From a virus (lineage: Duplodnaviria; Caudoviricetes), in the IMG/VR virus record IMGVR_UViG_3300020222_000028, positions 1 through 54,220 of that record: 54,220 nucleotides of DNA. The stretch is one strand, 5' to 3'. The notes below the pieces were generated by a model. It saw only the letters and a list, made by a program, of their open reading frames with translations. It did no database searches and was not told the DNA's origin. The first letter of the stretch is position 1, and every line of letters starts with the position of its first letter. Below are positions 22,246 to 31,381 of the stretch, in pieces. A program made the translations under genes and the position numbers.

Positions 22246-23042
22246 TGTTAGGACAATATTATTATCACGAAATCATAAAGAAAAACGTCAAAGCTTTTGG
22301 AACCCTTTTTAATAATATTCAGATTGTTAAAAAAGATCCACAAACAGGTGATGTTATTCGGCAAGAAAAAGTTCCTCTTGCGTATGGACCTAAGAGTAAG
22401 TTCTTAGCCAGACTAGAACAAGATCCAAGTACAGAACGTAAAGTAAGTATTACGATGCCTCGCATCTCTTTTGAGATGACTGATATCACTTATGATTCAT
22501 CTAGAAAAACTTCTCCCATACAAAAATATAAACTGAGTGATACTGGTGAGAGTGTGAAGGTTCAGTATATGCCTGTTCCATATAATCTCAGATTTGAACT
22601 CGGAATACTTTCAAAAACCCAAGATGACGCATTGCAGATTTTAGAACAGATTCTGCCATTTTTTCAACCATCTTTTAATGTGACTATTATGCTCATTCCA
22701 GAAATGGAAGAGAAAAAAGATTTACCAGTAATATTAAATGGTATTTCATATGAAGATGATTATGAAGATGACATGATGCAAAGAAGAAGTATTACGTATA
22801 CTTTAGATTTTACTCTCAAGACTTATATGTATGGTCCTGTTAGTGATGCGGCAATCATTAAAAAAGCAACTGTGTTTGAAAATCTTGGAGATTTTAATGA
22901 ACATCGCAGATTTCTCAAGTATGAGGTTACTCCAGAAGCTATTACTGATTTAAATAATGATGGAGTTATTGATTCGACAGATGATAGCTTACTCATGCCA
23001 GACGATGACTTTGGATTCAATGAAGGCATTACACTACTATGA
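22245..23042 (+). CDS. gp15: Tail sheath stabiliser/terminator gp15
   Basis: FGTLFNNI, VPLAYGP, QILEQILPFFQP. Confidence 0.95.
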   Translation: MLGQYYYHEIIKKNVKAFGTLFNNIQIVKKDPQTGDVIRQEKVPLAYGPKSKFLARLEQDPSTERKVSITMPRISFEMTDITYDSSRKTSPIQKYKLSDTGESVKVQYMPVPYNLRFELGILSKTQDDALQILEQILPFFQPSFNVTIMLIPEMEEKKDLPVILNGISYEDDYEDDMMQRRSITYTLDFTLKTYMYGPVSDAAIIKKATVFENLGDFNEHRRFLKYEVTPEAITDLNNDGVIDSTDDSLLMPDDDFGFNEGITLL

Positions 23043-23452
23043 ACGAGTTTGAAAAAAATATGGAAGAAATCTTTGAGATTGATATAGCACCTATAGAAAA
23101 AACTACTGAAATGATTACGCAAGCAAATAGTGAAGTATCTGTTGATGCCAACAAAGATTATGAATATACCAGAGGAGAGTTATACAGGCTCATCTCACAG
23201 GGTCAGGAAGCGGTTCAGGGAGCGTTAGAGGTCGCACAGGAGTCTGGGCACCCTAGGGCGTATGAGGTCGCTGTGAACGCTATGAAGCAGGTCTCAGACA
23301 TGACTGACAAACTGATAGACCTTCAGCATAAAATGAAGAATCTCGGTAAAGAAGATAAGAAATCAACTCCAACTACTGTCAATAATACTATGTTTATTGG
23401 CACAACTGCAGATCTTCAGAAGATGATTAAAGATGCTGCTAAGAATAAATAG
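23039..23452 (+). CDS. gp16: Terminase small subunit gp16
   Basis: DYEYTR, HPRAYEV, FIGTTADLQKM. Confidence 0.93.
   Translation: MNEFEKNMEEIFEIDIAPIEKTTEMITQANSEVSVDANKDYEYTRGELYRLISQGQEAVQGALEVAQESGHPRAYEVAVNAMKQVSDMTDKLIDLQHKMKNLGKEDKKSTPTTVNNTMFIGTTADLQKMIKDAAKNK
23444..23451 (+). promoter_or_regulatory. Probable late promoter AATAAATA
   Basis: Overlaps the gp16 stop, upstream of ORF 23473. Confidence 0.55.
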
Positions 23453-23472
23453 AAAATAAACGGTAAGTAATA

Positions 23473-23748
23473 ATGAGATTAAAGATTTTAGGAACGGAAG
23501 TAGCACTTCCAACTACATCAGGCACAGCAACTACTGTTGGTGGAGCAGTAGAAGTTCGTCTTGTACATGATGCTGGCGGCAATCAAACACATTTAATAAC
23601 CATCACTGATGGAGAAGCATCACCAACAACGGTAGCAACTTTTAGTATGACTCCAAGTGAATCTTTAGTAATCAGAAAACTACCTACTCAAAAAATCTAT
23701 GCATCAAATGATGATGTAAGAGCTGTAGCAGTTTCGTATCAATCATGA
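23473..23748 (+). CDS. Hypothetical protein (91 aa)
   Basis: Operonic; ATGA overlap with the next gene. Confidence 0.75.
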   Translation: MRLKILGTEVALPTTSGTATTVGGAVEVRLVHDAGGNQTHLITITDGEASPTTVATFSMTPSESLVIRKLPTQKIYASNDDVRAVAVSYQS

Positions 23749-24248
23749 AAACTTTTAAACAACTCAAAGAATCACTTTCAGAAAATCATGTAGCAGTTGC
23801 CATGGGCAGAGAGATTGATGATGAAGGCGGAATGATTATGAGTCAACTAGACACGATTGATAACGCAGTGCAGCGTCTACGTGGTGTAGTGCAAGACCCT
23901 AAGATGCAACTTCCTGGTTGGGTTCAATCCAAAGTCACTCTTGCTTGCGACTACATTGATACTGCTGCCGATTATATGACTAGTAAGACTGAAGAGTATG
24001 TTGCTGAGGGGGCTGCTTGGACTAAAAAATCGGGTAAAAATTCCGAAGGTGGTTTAAATGAAAAGGGAAGAAAATCTTACGAGCGTGAGAATCCTGGAAG
24101 CGACCTTAAGGCACCTTCAAAAAAGGTTGGAAATCCCCGTAGGAAGAGTTTCTGTGCAAGAATGAAAGGTATGCGTAAGAGACAAAAAGATAGCAATAAC
24201 ACTGGAGAAGACCGTCTATCTAAATCGCTTCGTGCGTGGAACTGCTGA
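23745..24248 (+). CDS. Hypothetical protein, possible internal head protein with a basic C-terminal domain (167 aa)
   Basis: MKTFKQLKE start; acidic N-half; K/R-rich AW..K.GK..EGGLN..GR...SFCARM C-half. Confidence 0.75.
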   Translation: MKTFKQLKESLSENHVAVAMGREIDDEGGMIMSQLDTIDNAVQRLRGVVQDPKMQLPGWVQSKVTLACDYIDTAADYMTSKTEEYVAEGAAWTKKSGKNSEGGLNEKGRKSYERENPGSDLKAPSKKVGNPRRKSFCARMKGMRKRQKDSNNTGEDRLSKSLRAWNC

Positions 24249-24271
24249 CATTTCTCCACAAAACCATATCA

Positions 24272-24307
24272 TTTGTTACTTAACAAACATTCTTTTTCAT
24301 ATATAAT
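24272..24307 (+). promoter_or_regulatory. Possible sigma70-type promoter (TTAACA-16-TATAAT) with overlapping palindrome
   Basis: TTTGTTA-CT-TAACAAA at 24272-24287; TATAAT at 24302-24307. Confidence 0.45.
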
Positions 24308-24333
24308 ATCATTACAATATCAAGCTAAGACAC

Positions 24334-24573
24334 ATGGATACTAAAACCTGCCCCAAATGCGGGGCGTGCTGGATTGGTGGTCAGCATTTTTGGTCTGGCA
24401 CTACCAAGAAAGGCAGCGAGACAGAGCTTGCTAGTTTAGTTTGTGATAACAAAAGAATGAATGATGACAGATGCATCAACCCAGCAAAAGGAACAACAGC
24501 GGGTGATGGTTGGAAAAAAAGGTTAAATACATTTAAGAGTTTAGAAAGAGATTTAGAAAAAACAAATGAGTGA
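24334..24573 (+). CDS. Hypothetical Cys-rich protein (79 aa)
   Basis: CPKC...C...CINP motif; overlaps the gp17 start. Confidence 0.75.
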   Translation: MDTKTCPKCGACWIGGQHFWSGTTKKGSETELASLVCDNKRMNDDRCINPAKGTTAGDGWKKRLNTFKSLERDLEKTNE

Positions 24574-26227
24574 TGCAGTATATCTTGGTAATCCTAATCT
24601 AAAAAAAGCGAATACCGCTATTAGTTTTACAAAGGAACAAGTTGAAGAGTTCATCAAATGTAAAGATGACCCAGTTTACTTCGCAAAAAACTATGTAAAG
24701 ATTATCTCACTGGATGAGGGTCTTGTTCCTTTTGACATGTATGATTTCCAAGAGAAACTTATTGAAAATTTTCACAATCATAGATTTAATATAGCTAAAC
24801 TTCCAAGACAGACAGGAAAATCCACAACGGTTATTTCCTATCTGTTGCATTATGCTGTCTTCAACGACAACATTAAGATTGCTATTCTAGCAAACAAAGC
24901 AGAAACATCAAGAGAACTTCTATCACGTTTGCAGTTGGCATATGAGAATCTACCGAAGTGGATGCAGCAAGGTATTATAGCATGGAACAAAGGTTCGATG
25001 GAACTGGATAATGGTTCCAAGATTATAGCAGCATCTACTTCATCATCCGCTGTTCGAGGTAACTCTTTCAACATCATCTTCCTTGACGAGTTTGCGTTCG
25101 TTCCAAACCACATTGCCGAGCAGTTCTTCTCCTCTGTATATCCTACCATCTCGTCTGGTAAGAAGACAAAGGTGATTATTATTTCTACCCCACAGGGTAT
25201 GAATATGTTCTACAAGCTATGGCATGACGCAGAGCGTGAGAAGAACGGTTACGTGCCCCTGGAAGTGCATTGGAGTCAAGTTCCTGGCAGAGATGCCAAG
25301 TGGAAGGAAGAGACCATTAGAAACACCTCAGAGAGGCAGTTTACACAAGAGTTTGAATGTGAGTTCTTGGGATCGGTTGATACTCTTATCACGGCGTCTA
25401 AGCTGCGCTCTATGGTTTATGATGACCCATTGCATACTAACAAGGGATTGTCTGTTTACGAGGACGTAATAGATGACCATGATTATATTATGACCGTTGA
25501 CGTATCCCGTGGAACCAACAATGATTACTCCGCTTTTGTTGTATTTGATATTACCACTCTACCTTGGAAGGTAGTTGCCAAGTATCGAAACAATGAAATC
25601 AAACCAATCCTGTTTCCTAACATTATTGAGCAAGTTGCCAAAAACTATAACAAGGCATACATTTTAGCAGAAGTCAATGACATTGGAGAACAGGTCACAA
25701 ATATTCTTCACTATGACTTGGAGTATCCCAACATTCTGATGTGTGCTATGCGAGGTAGAGCAGGTCAGATTGTGGGTCAAGGATTCTCTGGCACCAAATC
25801 TCAGATGGGGTTGAAGATGTCTAAGGTGACTAAAAAAGTTGGGTGCTCAAACCTCAAGACATTGATTGAAGATGATAAGTTATTAATATCTGATTATGAA
25901 ATCATCAGTGAGTTGACAACATTCATTCAAAAAAATCAATCGTTTGAAGCTGATGACGGATACAATGATGACCTCGTGATGTGTCTGGTTCTTTTTGCGT
26001 GGTTGGCAGTTCAACCTTACTTTAGGGAGATGACTGATAATGATGTTCGTAAGAGAATCTACGAAGAACAGAAGAATCAGATTGAACAAGACATGGCACC
26101 GTTTGGATTTATATCAGATGGTATTATAGACGCCGAAGAAAAGTTTGTAGATGAAGATGGAAACATTTGGTATACCGATGGTTATGGAAATCCTTATGCA
26201 GATGTAGAGTACATGTTGGGATTCTAA
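24566..26227 (+). CDS. gp17: Terminase large subunit gp17
   Basis: Walker A PRQTGKST, Walker B IIFLDEFAF, ISTP coupling motif, nuclease DVS..DYS..DDLVM. Confidence 0.97.
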   Translation: MSDAVYLGNPNLKKANTAISFTKEQVEEFIKCKDDPVYFAKNYVKIISLDEGLVPFDMYDFQEKLIENFHNHRFNIAKLPRQTGKSTTVISYLLHYAVFNDNIKIAILANKAETSRELLSRLQLAYENLPKWMQQGIIAWNKGSMELDNGSKIIAASTSSSAVRGNSFNIIFLDEFAFVPNHIAEQFFSSVYPTISSGKKTKVIIISTPQGMNMFYKLWHDAEREKNGYVPLEVHWSQVPGRDAKWKEETIRNTSERQFTQEFECEFLGSVDTLITASKLRSMVYDDPLHTNKGLSVYEDVIDDHDYIMTVDVSRGTNNDYSAFVVFDITTLPWKVVAKYRNNEIKPILFPNIIEQVAKNYNKAYILAEVNDIGEQVTNILHYDLEYPNILMCAMRGRAGQIVGQGFSGTKSQMGLKMSKVTKKVGCSNLKTLIEDDKLLISDYEIISELTTFIQKNQSFEADDGYNDDLVMCLVLFAWLAVQPYFREMTDNDVRKRIYEEQKNQIEQDMAPFGFISDGIIDAEEKFVDEDGNIWYTDGYGNPYADVEYMLGF

Positions 26228-26460
26228 TGGAACAAGAAGATCAGTTTTCTCTAGAGATAGAACACTTGCTTTTCAAAGAAAGAACTTGTAAAGTTTGTGG
26301 AGAAACCAAAGATCTTTTATCGGATTTTTATTTAACTAGAAAATCAAAAAGATATTTGCCATCTTCATATTCATATGAGTGTAAAGATTGCACCGTAAAT
26401 AGAATACTTTCTAAAAGAACCAAAACCATACATAAAGAATATGAATACCCTGACTGGTGA
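26227..26460 (+). CDS. Hypothetical Zn-finger protein (77 aa)
   Basis: ATG overlaps the gp17 TAA; CKVC...FY...YECKDC. Confidence 0.75.
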   Translation: MEQEDQFSLEIEHLLFKERTCKVCGETKDLLSDFYLTRKSKRYLPSSYSYECKDCTVNRILSKRTKTIHKEYEYPDW

Positions 26461-26511
26461 CTAGTTCATGCATCGTTCATGCAAAAATTCTCGATTTGAA
26501 ATACTCATTTT

Positions 26512-26519
26512 CATAAATA
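26512..26519 (+). promoter_or_regulatory. Late promoter CATAAATA for gp18
   Basis: Intergenic, followed by a GAGGAG SD. Confidence 0.75.
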
Positions 26520-26560
26520 CTTTTAGATTAAAATGAACTACTTTTCACGAGGAGAAAAAC

Positions 26561-28189
26561 ATGGCAGGTCAAGTATCACCTGGAATTGTTCTTAGAGAGC
26601 GTGATTTAACAGCACAAACTATCGTCAATACTCAAGCAAATACAGCAGCACTTGTAGGTTTGTTTGAGAAAGGACCAGTTGGCGTTATTACTAATATTGC
26701 ATCAGAAAGAGAACTTCTAGACGTATTTGGGGGACCAAATACAAGTAACCACGAAGATTGGTTTACAGCTTCAACTTTTCTATCATATGGCGGACAACTA
26801 TTGATTGTTCGTATAGCACCATCAGATTCCGAAAATGCTACTGATAATGGAACTGGTGTATTGATTGCATCAAAAGATCAATACGAAGCACAATACACAA
26901 CATACAACTGGAAGTTTGCTGCAAGAACAGCTGGAGCATGGGGCAACAATCTAAAAGTTGTTATTGTAGATTACACTGCAGATTATGCAGATGCTGTTCT
27001 TTACGAAGACAACAACGGAAATGATGTAATGTGGTCAGCATTTGCTCCTGATTTTTCTTTTGCGGCAAATAATACATGCCACGTTGCCGTCTTAAATGAT
27101 GAAAACGAAGTATTGGAACTATATCAATATGTTTCTACGAATGAATCTGCATTAGATTCTGAAGGTGGTTCGATCTATTATGTAAATGTTTTAAAAAATA
27201 GATCACGTTATGTATATGCAGGAGACAACTTCACTTTAGTAAATGGAAAAGGCACTTTCAATCTAAGTGGTGGAACTGATGATTACACTGCTTCTGTTGC
27301 AGATTACACTGATGGTTATGACGTATTTTCTGATACCGAAGCAATCGACATTAATTTCATTCTAACTGGCGGCAGTCTTTCGACACAAAATGATACAGTA
27401 ACTAAAGCTCAAGCTGCAATCGCCCTTGCAACAGGAAGAAAAGATTGCATCACCTTTGTTTCCCCATATAGAAATTTTGTTGGGTTAGCATCTGCATCAG
27501 ATCAAAGAGATGCTATTATCGCATACTTTAATCAACTCGGCACTAGTAACTCATATACTATTTTTGATAGTGGATATAAGTATGTTTACGATAGATACAA
27601 TGATGTTTATCGTTACGTACCTTGCTGTGGAGATGTAGCTGGTCTTTGTGTACAAACTTCAGAAACATTAGAAGATTGGTATTCGCCTGCTGGAACACAA
27701 AGAGGCAATCTTAAAAACGTAGTTAAGTTAGCATATGTTCCAGGTAAAACCGATAGAGATAAACTCTACCAGAAAAGAATCAACCCAATCACTTCTTTTG
27801 CTGGACAAGGTGTAGTTTTATTCGGTGACAAAACTGCTTTAGCAACGCCTAGTGCATTTGATCGCATTAATGTTCGTCGTCTTTTCTTAGCTATCGAAAG
27901 AAGAATAGGAAATCTAGCAAAAAATGTTTTATTTGAACTAAACGATGAATCAACTAGAGCAACATTTTCAAATGCTGTAAGCTCATACCTCACAGAAGTA
28001 AAAGCAAAGCGTGGCGTTACCGACTTCTTAGTTGTTTGTGACGATTCCAATAATACTCCTGATGTGATTGATAGAAATGAGTTTGTTGCTGACATTTATG
28101 TAAAACCAACCAGATCTATTAACTTCATTACTCTTACTTTTGTTGCCACTCGCACTGGCGTATCATTCTCTGAAGTTGTTGGTAGATAA
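26561..28189 (+). CDS. gp18: Tail sheath protein gp18
   Basis: SPGI...E.D, WYSPAG..RG, GDKT...SAFDRINVRRLF, KPTRSINFITL. Confidence 0.97.
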   Translation: MAGQVSPGIVLRERDLTAQTIVNTQANTAALVGLFEKGPVGVITNIASERELLDVFGGPNTSNHEDWFTASTFLSYGGQLLIVRIAPSDSENATDNGTGVLIASKDQYEAQYTTYNWKFAARTAGAWGNNLKVVIVDYTADYADAVLYEDNNGNDVMWSAFAPDFSFAANNTCHVAVLNDENEVLELYQYVSTNESALDSEGGSIYYVNVLKNRSRYVYAGDNFTLVNGKGTFNLSGGTDDYTASVADYTDGYDVFSDTEAIDINFILTGGSLSTQNDTVTKAQAAIALATGRKDCITFVSPYRNFVGLASASDQRDAIIAYFNQLGTSNSYTIFDSGYKYVYDRYNDVYRYVPCCGDVAGLCVQTSETLEDWYSPAGTQRGNLKNVVKLAYVPGKTDRDKLYQKRINPITSFAGQGVVLFGDKTALATPSAFDRINVRRLFLAIERRIGNLAKNVLFELNDESTRATFSNAVSSYLTEVKAKRGVTDFLVVCDDSNNTPDVIDRNEFVADIYVKPTRSINFITLTFVATRTGVSFSEVVGR

Positions 28190-28223
28190 TAAAAATCATT
28201 CTAGTTTTACGAGGTAACAAAAA

Positions 28224-28817
28224 ATGGCAATCACAAGTAGTATTCAAACTTTTTTAAATAATGTACAAAATGGTGTAAGACCAAATCTTTATGAAGTCGA
28301 TTTCAGTTTCCCTGGGGAAACATCTTTAGCCGATGACGCCACCGATCAGTTAAGTGGACTGCTCTGCAAAGCAGCAGCATTACCTGCTTCTAACTTAGGC
28401 GTTATTGAAGTTCCTTTTCGTGGCAGAACTGTGAAAATTGCGGGGGACCGCACCTTTGATACATGGACTGCAACATTCATCAACGATAGAAACTTCGCTA
28501 TTCGCGGAGCTATGGAACAATGGATGGAAGCTATTAACGCACATGAAAAGAATAGTGCTACTCTTGTTCTCCCAGATACAACAAGTGGATATCTAGCAAA
28601 CATTCTAGTTAAGCAACTAGAAAGAGATGACAGTGCAGGTGGTGCTGTAAAAACTGTTTATAAACTATGGGGATGTTTCCCAACTAATATTTCTCAAATC
28701 GATCTTGCTTATGATAGCAATGATCAGATTGAAGATTTTACAGTTGAGTTTCAGATTCAATACTGGACTCGCGGCGATGCTGATCCATATACAAATATTA
28801 TCCAAGGACAAGCCTGA
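28224..28817 (+). CDS. gp19: Tail tube protein gp19
   Basis: RPNLYEV, VPFRGR.VKIAGDRTFDTW. Confidence 0.97.
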   Translation: MAITSSIQTFLNNVQNGVRPNLYEVDFSFPGETSLADDATDQLSGLLCKAAALPASNLGVIEVPFRGRTVKIAGDRTFDTWTATFINDRNFAIRGAMEQWMEAINAHEKNSATLVLPDTTSGYLANILVKQLERDDSAGGAVKTVYKLWGCFPTNISQIDLAYDSNDQIEDFTVEFQIQYWTRGDADPYTNIIQGQA

Positions 28818-28823
28818 TAAATA
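28816..28823 (+). promoter_or_regulatory. Late promoter GATAAATA for gp20
   Basis: 7/8 match at the gp19 stop. Confidence 0.65.
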
Positions 28824-28847
28824 TCAATAAAGTGAGTAAGTTTAAAC

Positions 28848-30464
28848 ATGAGTCAACTATTTGGATTCTCTATTAAACAAGAGGGGGGATTGAAAGGTCA
28901 ATCCCCCATTCCACCAAATGCCGACGATGGAGTAACCGCTGTAGCAGGCGGTTATTTTGGTTCGTATGTAGACATTGAAGGAGTAGCGCGTAATGAGTTT
29001 GAGCTCATTAGGCGCTATCGTGATATGGCACTTCACCCAGAAGTAGATTCTGCTATTGACGAAATCGTAAACGAAACTATTGTATCTGATTTAGATGATA
29101 GTCCCGTTCAGATAGAACTATCTAATCTAGAAGTAAGCACAAGTATTAAAAATAAAATCAGAGAAGAGTTTGATTATATTAAAAGACTTCTCAAATTTGA
29201 TTCTCGTTCTCACGAGATTTTTAGAAACTGGTATATTGATGGTAGACTTTATTATCACAAAGTAGTAGATTTAAACAATCCCAAATCAGGTATTCTCGAA
29301 CTTCGTTACATTGACCCAATGAAAATCAAGAAGGTCAAAGTTCAGAATAAAGATCAAAAAGAAATAATGAGTCAAGAGACTCGTGGCACAGCACTACAAT
29401 ATAACTTCGGAGAGTTTATTGAATATTACTTATACAATCCAAAAGGTTATGTAACTAGTGCAAACTTTGATGGCAATGCTATGGCAAATGGCATGAAGAT
29501 TGCTGCCGATGCTATTACATATGTTCCTTCAGGAATCCAAGATCTCAACAAAAAAATGACGTTGAGTTTCATGCACAAAGCAATCAAATCACTTAACCAA
29601 CTTCGCATGATTGAAGATGCGTTGGTTATCTATCGTTTGTCTCGTGCCCCAGAAAGAAGAATTTTCTACATTGACGTAGGTAATCTTCCCAAAGTAAAAG
29701 CGGAGCAATATCTACGCGAAACAATGGCACGTTACAGAAACAAACTTGTTTATGATGCAGCCACAGGAGAAATCCGCGATGACAAAAAGCATATGAGTAT
29801 GCTTGAGGATTTTTGGCTCCCTCGTCGTGAAGGTGGCAGAGGAACTGAAATCACAACTCTGCCTGGTGGTCAAAATTTGGGAGAGTTAAAGGATGTCGAA
29901 TACTTTAAAAAGAAACTATACAACTCACTTAACTTACCTCCATCACGTTTAGATGATGCAAACCAAGGATTCTCTCTTGGTCGTTCATCTGAAATCCTTA
30001 GAGATGAACTCAAGTTTTCCAAGTGGATTGGAAGATTAAGAAAGAGATTCAGTACTTTATTCCACGACACACTAAGAACTCAACTTATTCTAAAAGGAAT
30101 CATCACTCCCGAAGATTGGGAAGAGATGCAAGAGCATATTCAATATGACTATCAGTTTGATAATCATTTTGAAGAACTAAAGCAGGCAGAACTGATGGGT
30201 AATCGTCTGCAGGTTGCAACAGCTCTCGATCCTTTCTTAGGTAAATATTATTCTATTGAATATGTTCGCCGTCAAGTTCTCATGCAAAATGACGCAGAGT
30301 ATGACGAAATAACTAAGCAGATGGAAGCAGAGATTGCGGAAGGTAAAATACCAGATCCAATCCACACAAACCTAATGAACGCAGCAACTCTGGAGATGGG
30401 AGCTGTACCACCACCAATGCCAGAACCAGCAGCAACGCCAAAACCTAAAACATCTCAATCATAA
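28848..30464 (+). CDS. gp20: Portal protein gp20
   Basis: IYRLSRAPERRIFYIDVGNLPK, EDFWLPRREGGRGTEITTLPGGQNLGE. Confidence 0.98.
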   Translation: MSQLFGFSIKQEGGLKGQSPIPPNADDGVTAVAGGYFGSYVDIEGVARNEFELIRRYRDMALHPEVDSAIDEIVNETIVSDLDDSPVQIELSNLEVSTSIKNKIREEFDYIKRLLKFDSRSHEIFRNWYIDGRLYYHKVVDLNNPKSGILELRYIDPMKIKKVKVQNKDQKEIMSQETRGTALQYNFGEFIEYYLYNPKGYVTSANFDGNAMANGMKIAADAITYVPSGIQDLNKKMTLSFMHKAIKSLNQLRMIEDALVIYRLSRAPERRIFYIDVGNLPKVKAEQYLRETMARYRNKLVYDAATGEIRDDKKHMSMLEDFWLPRREGGRGTEITTLPGGQNLGELKDVEYFKKKLYNSLNLPPSRLDDANQGFSLGRSSEILRDELKFSKWIGRLRKRFSTLFHDTLRTQLILKGIITPEDWEEMQEHIQYDYQFDNHFEELKQAELMGNRLQVATALDPFLGKYYSIEYVRRQVLMQNDAEYDEITKQMEAEIAEGKIPDPIHTNLMNAATLEMGAVPPPMPEPAATPKPKTSQS

Positions 30465-30477
30465 ATAAAAATAAATA
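30460..30477 (+). promoter_or_regulatory. Tandem late promoter motifs CATAAATA and AATAAATA
   Basis: At 30460-30467 and 30470-30477. Confidence 0.65.
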
Positions 30478-30486
30478 TTAAATCAA

Positions 30487-30687
30487 ATGGATACTATTGA
30501 AGTTGTAAATGCCGTTCGTAACGGCGATAGAGTTCAAGCACTCGATAAAATCGCTGACATCCTCTATGGAAAAGCAGCGGAAGCAATGCAAGATTACAAG
30601 CAAGTCGTTGCTCATTCTTTTTTCGATGAACCAGAATCTCCTGACGAGGAGGTAGAAGAAACACCATCAGAGGAAACAGACCAATGA
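30487..30687 (+). CDS. Small acidic prohead core-like protein (gp67-position)
   Basis: 66 aa with an acidic tail, between gp20 and gp21. Confidence 0.7.
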   Translation: MDTIEVVNAVRNGDRVQALDKIADILYGKAAEAMQDYKQVVAHSFFDEPESPDEEVEETPSEETDQ

Positions 30688-31328
30688 AACTAATCACCGA
30701 GAGCATTGAGGATATTCGAATCCTCGAAGAAGAATCAAACGGTAGAAAAATTCTACACATTGAAGGTGTATTTCTTCAAGGTGATATTAAAAATCGTAAT
30801 GGTCGCGTCTATCCATTTGGCGTTCTTGAACGCGAGGTTGGTAGATACAATGAGCAATATGTAAATGTTGGTCGTGCTCTCGGTGAACTAGGTCATCCTG
30901 ATGGTCCCACTGTAAATCTAGATCGTGTGTCACATAAGATCGTTTCACTCAAAGCAGAAGGAAGCAACTTTGTTGGTAAGGCACAAATCTTAAATACACC
31001 TATGGGAAATATCGCCAAGTCTCTTCTGGAGTCAGGAGTTAAACTTGGAGTTTCTTCTAGAGGCATGGGTTCGATCGAAGAAAAGAACGGGGCTAACTAT
31101 GTACGTGATGATTTTATGCTCGCTACTGCTGCCGATATTGTAGCAGATCCCTCTGCACCTGACGCATTCGTGAATGGAATCATGGAAGGAAAAGAGTGGG
31201 TGTGGGAAAATGGGATTATTAAGGAAGTTAATATTGCTAAATACCACAGATATATTTCTGAATCAACCAGAAAAAATATTGAGGAGAGGTCGTTGAAGGC
31301 GTTCAACCACTTCTTACAAAGTTTGTAA
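30684..31328 (+). CDS. gp21: Prohead protease gp21
   Basis: GELGHP, GVSSRGMGS, DIVADPSAPDA. Confidence 0.97.
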   Translation: MKLITESIEDIRILEEESNGRKILHIEGVFLQGDIKNRNGRVYPFGVLEREVGRYNEQYVNVGRALGELGHPDGPTVNLDRVSHKIVSLKAEGSNFVGKAQILNTPMGNIAKSLLESGVKLGVSSRGMGSIEEKNGANYVRDDFMLATAADIVADPSAPDAFVNGIMEGKEWVWENGIIKEVNIAKYHRYISESTRKNIEERSLKAFNHFLQSL

Positions 31329-31331
31329 TTT

Positions 31332-31339
31332 CATAAATA
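31332..31339 (+). promoter_or_regulatory. Late promoter CATAAATA for gp22
   Basis: Intergenic match. Confidence 0.75.
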
Positions 31340-31381
31340 ATCATAGAATAAACATATAGTAAGTATTACGAGGAATCTCAA

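Noticed and set aside
26464-26483. GTTCATGCA direct repeat before gp18 as a glutamine riboswitch-like start
   Set aside because: No downstream pairing or conserved core could be identified; too short to support.
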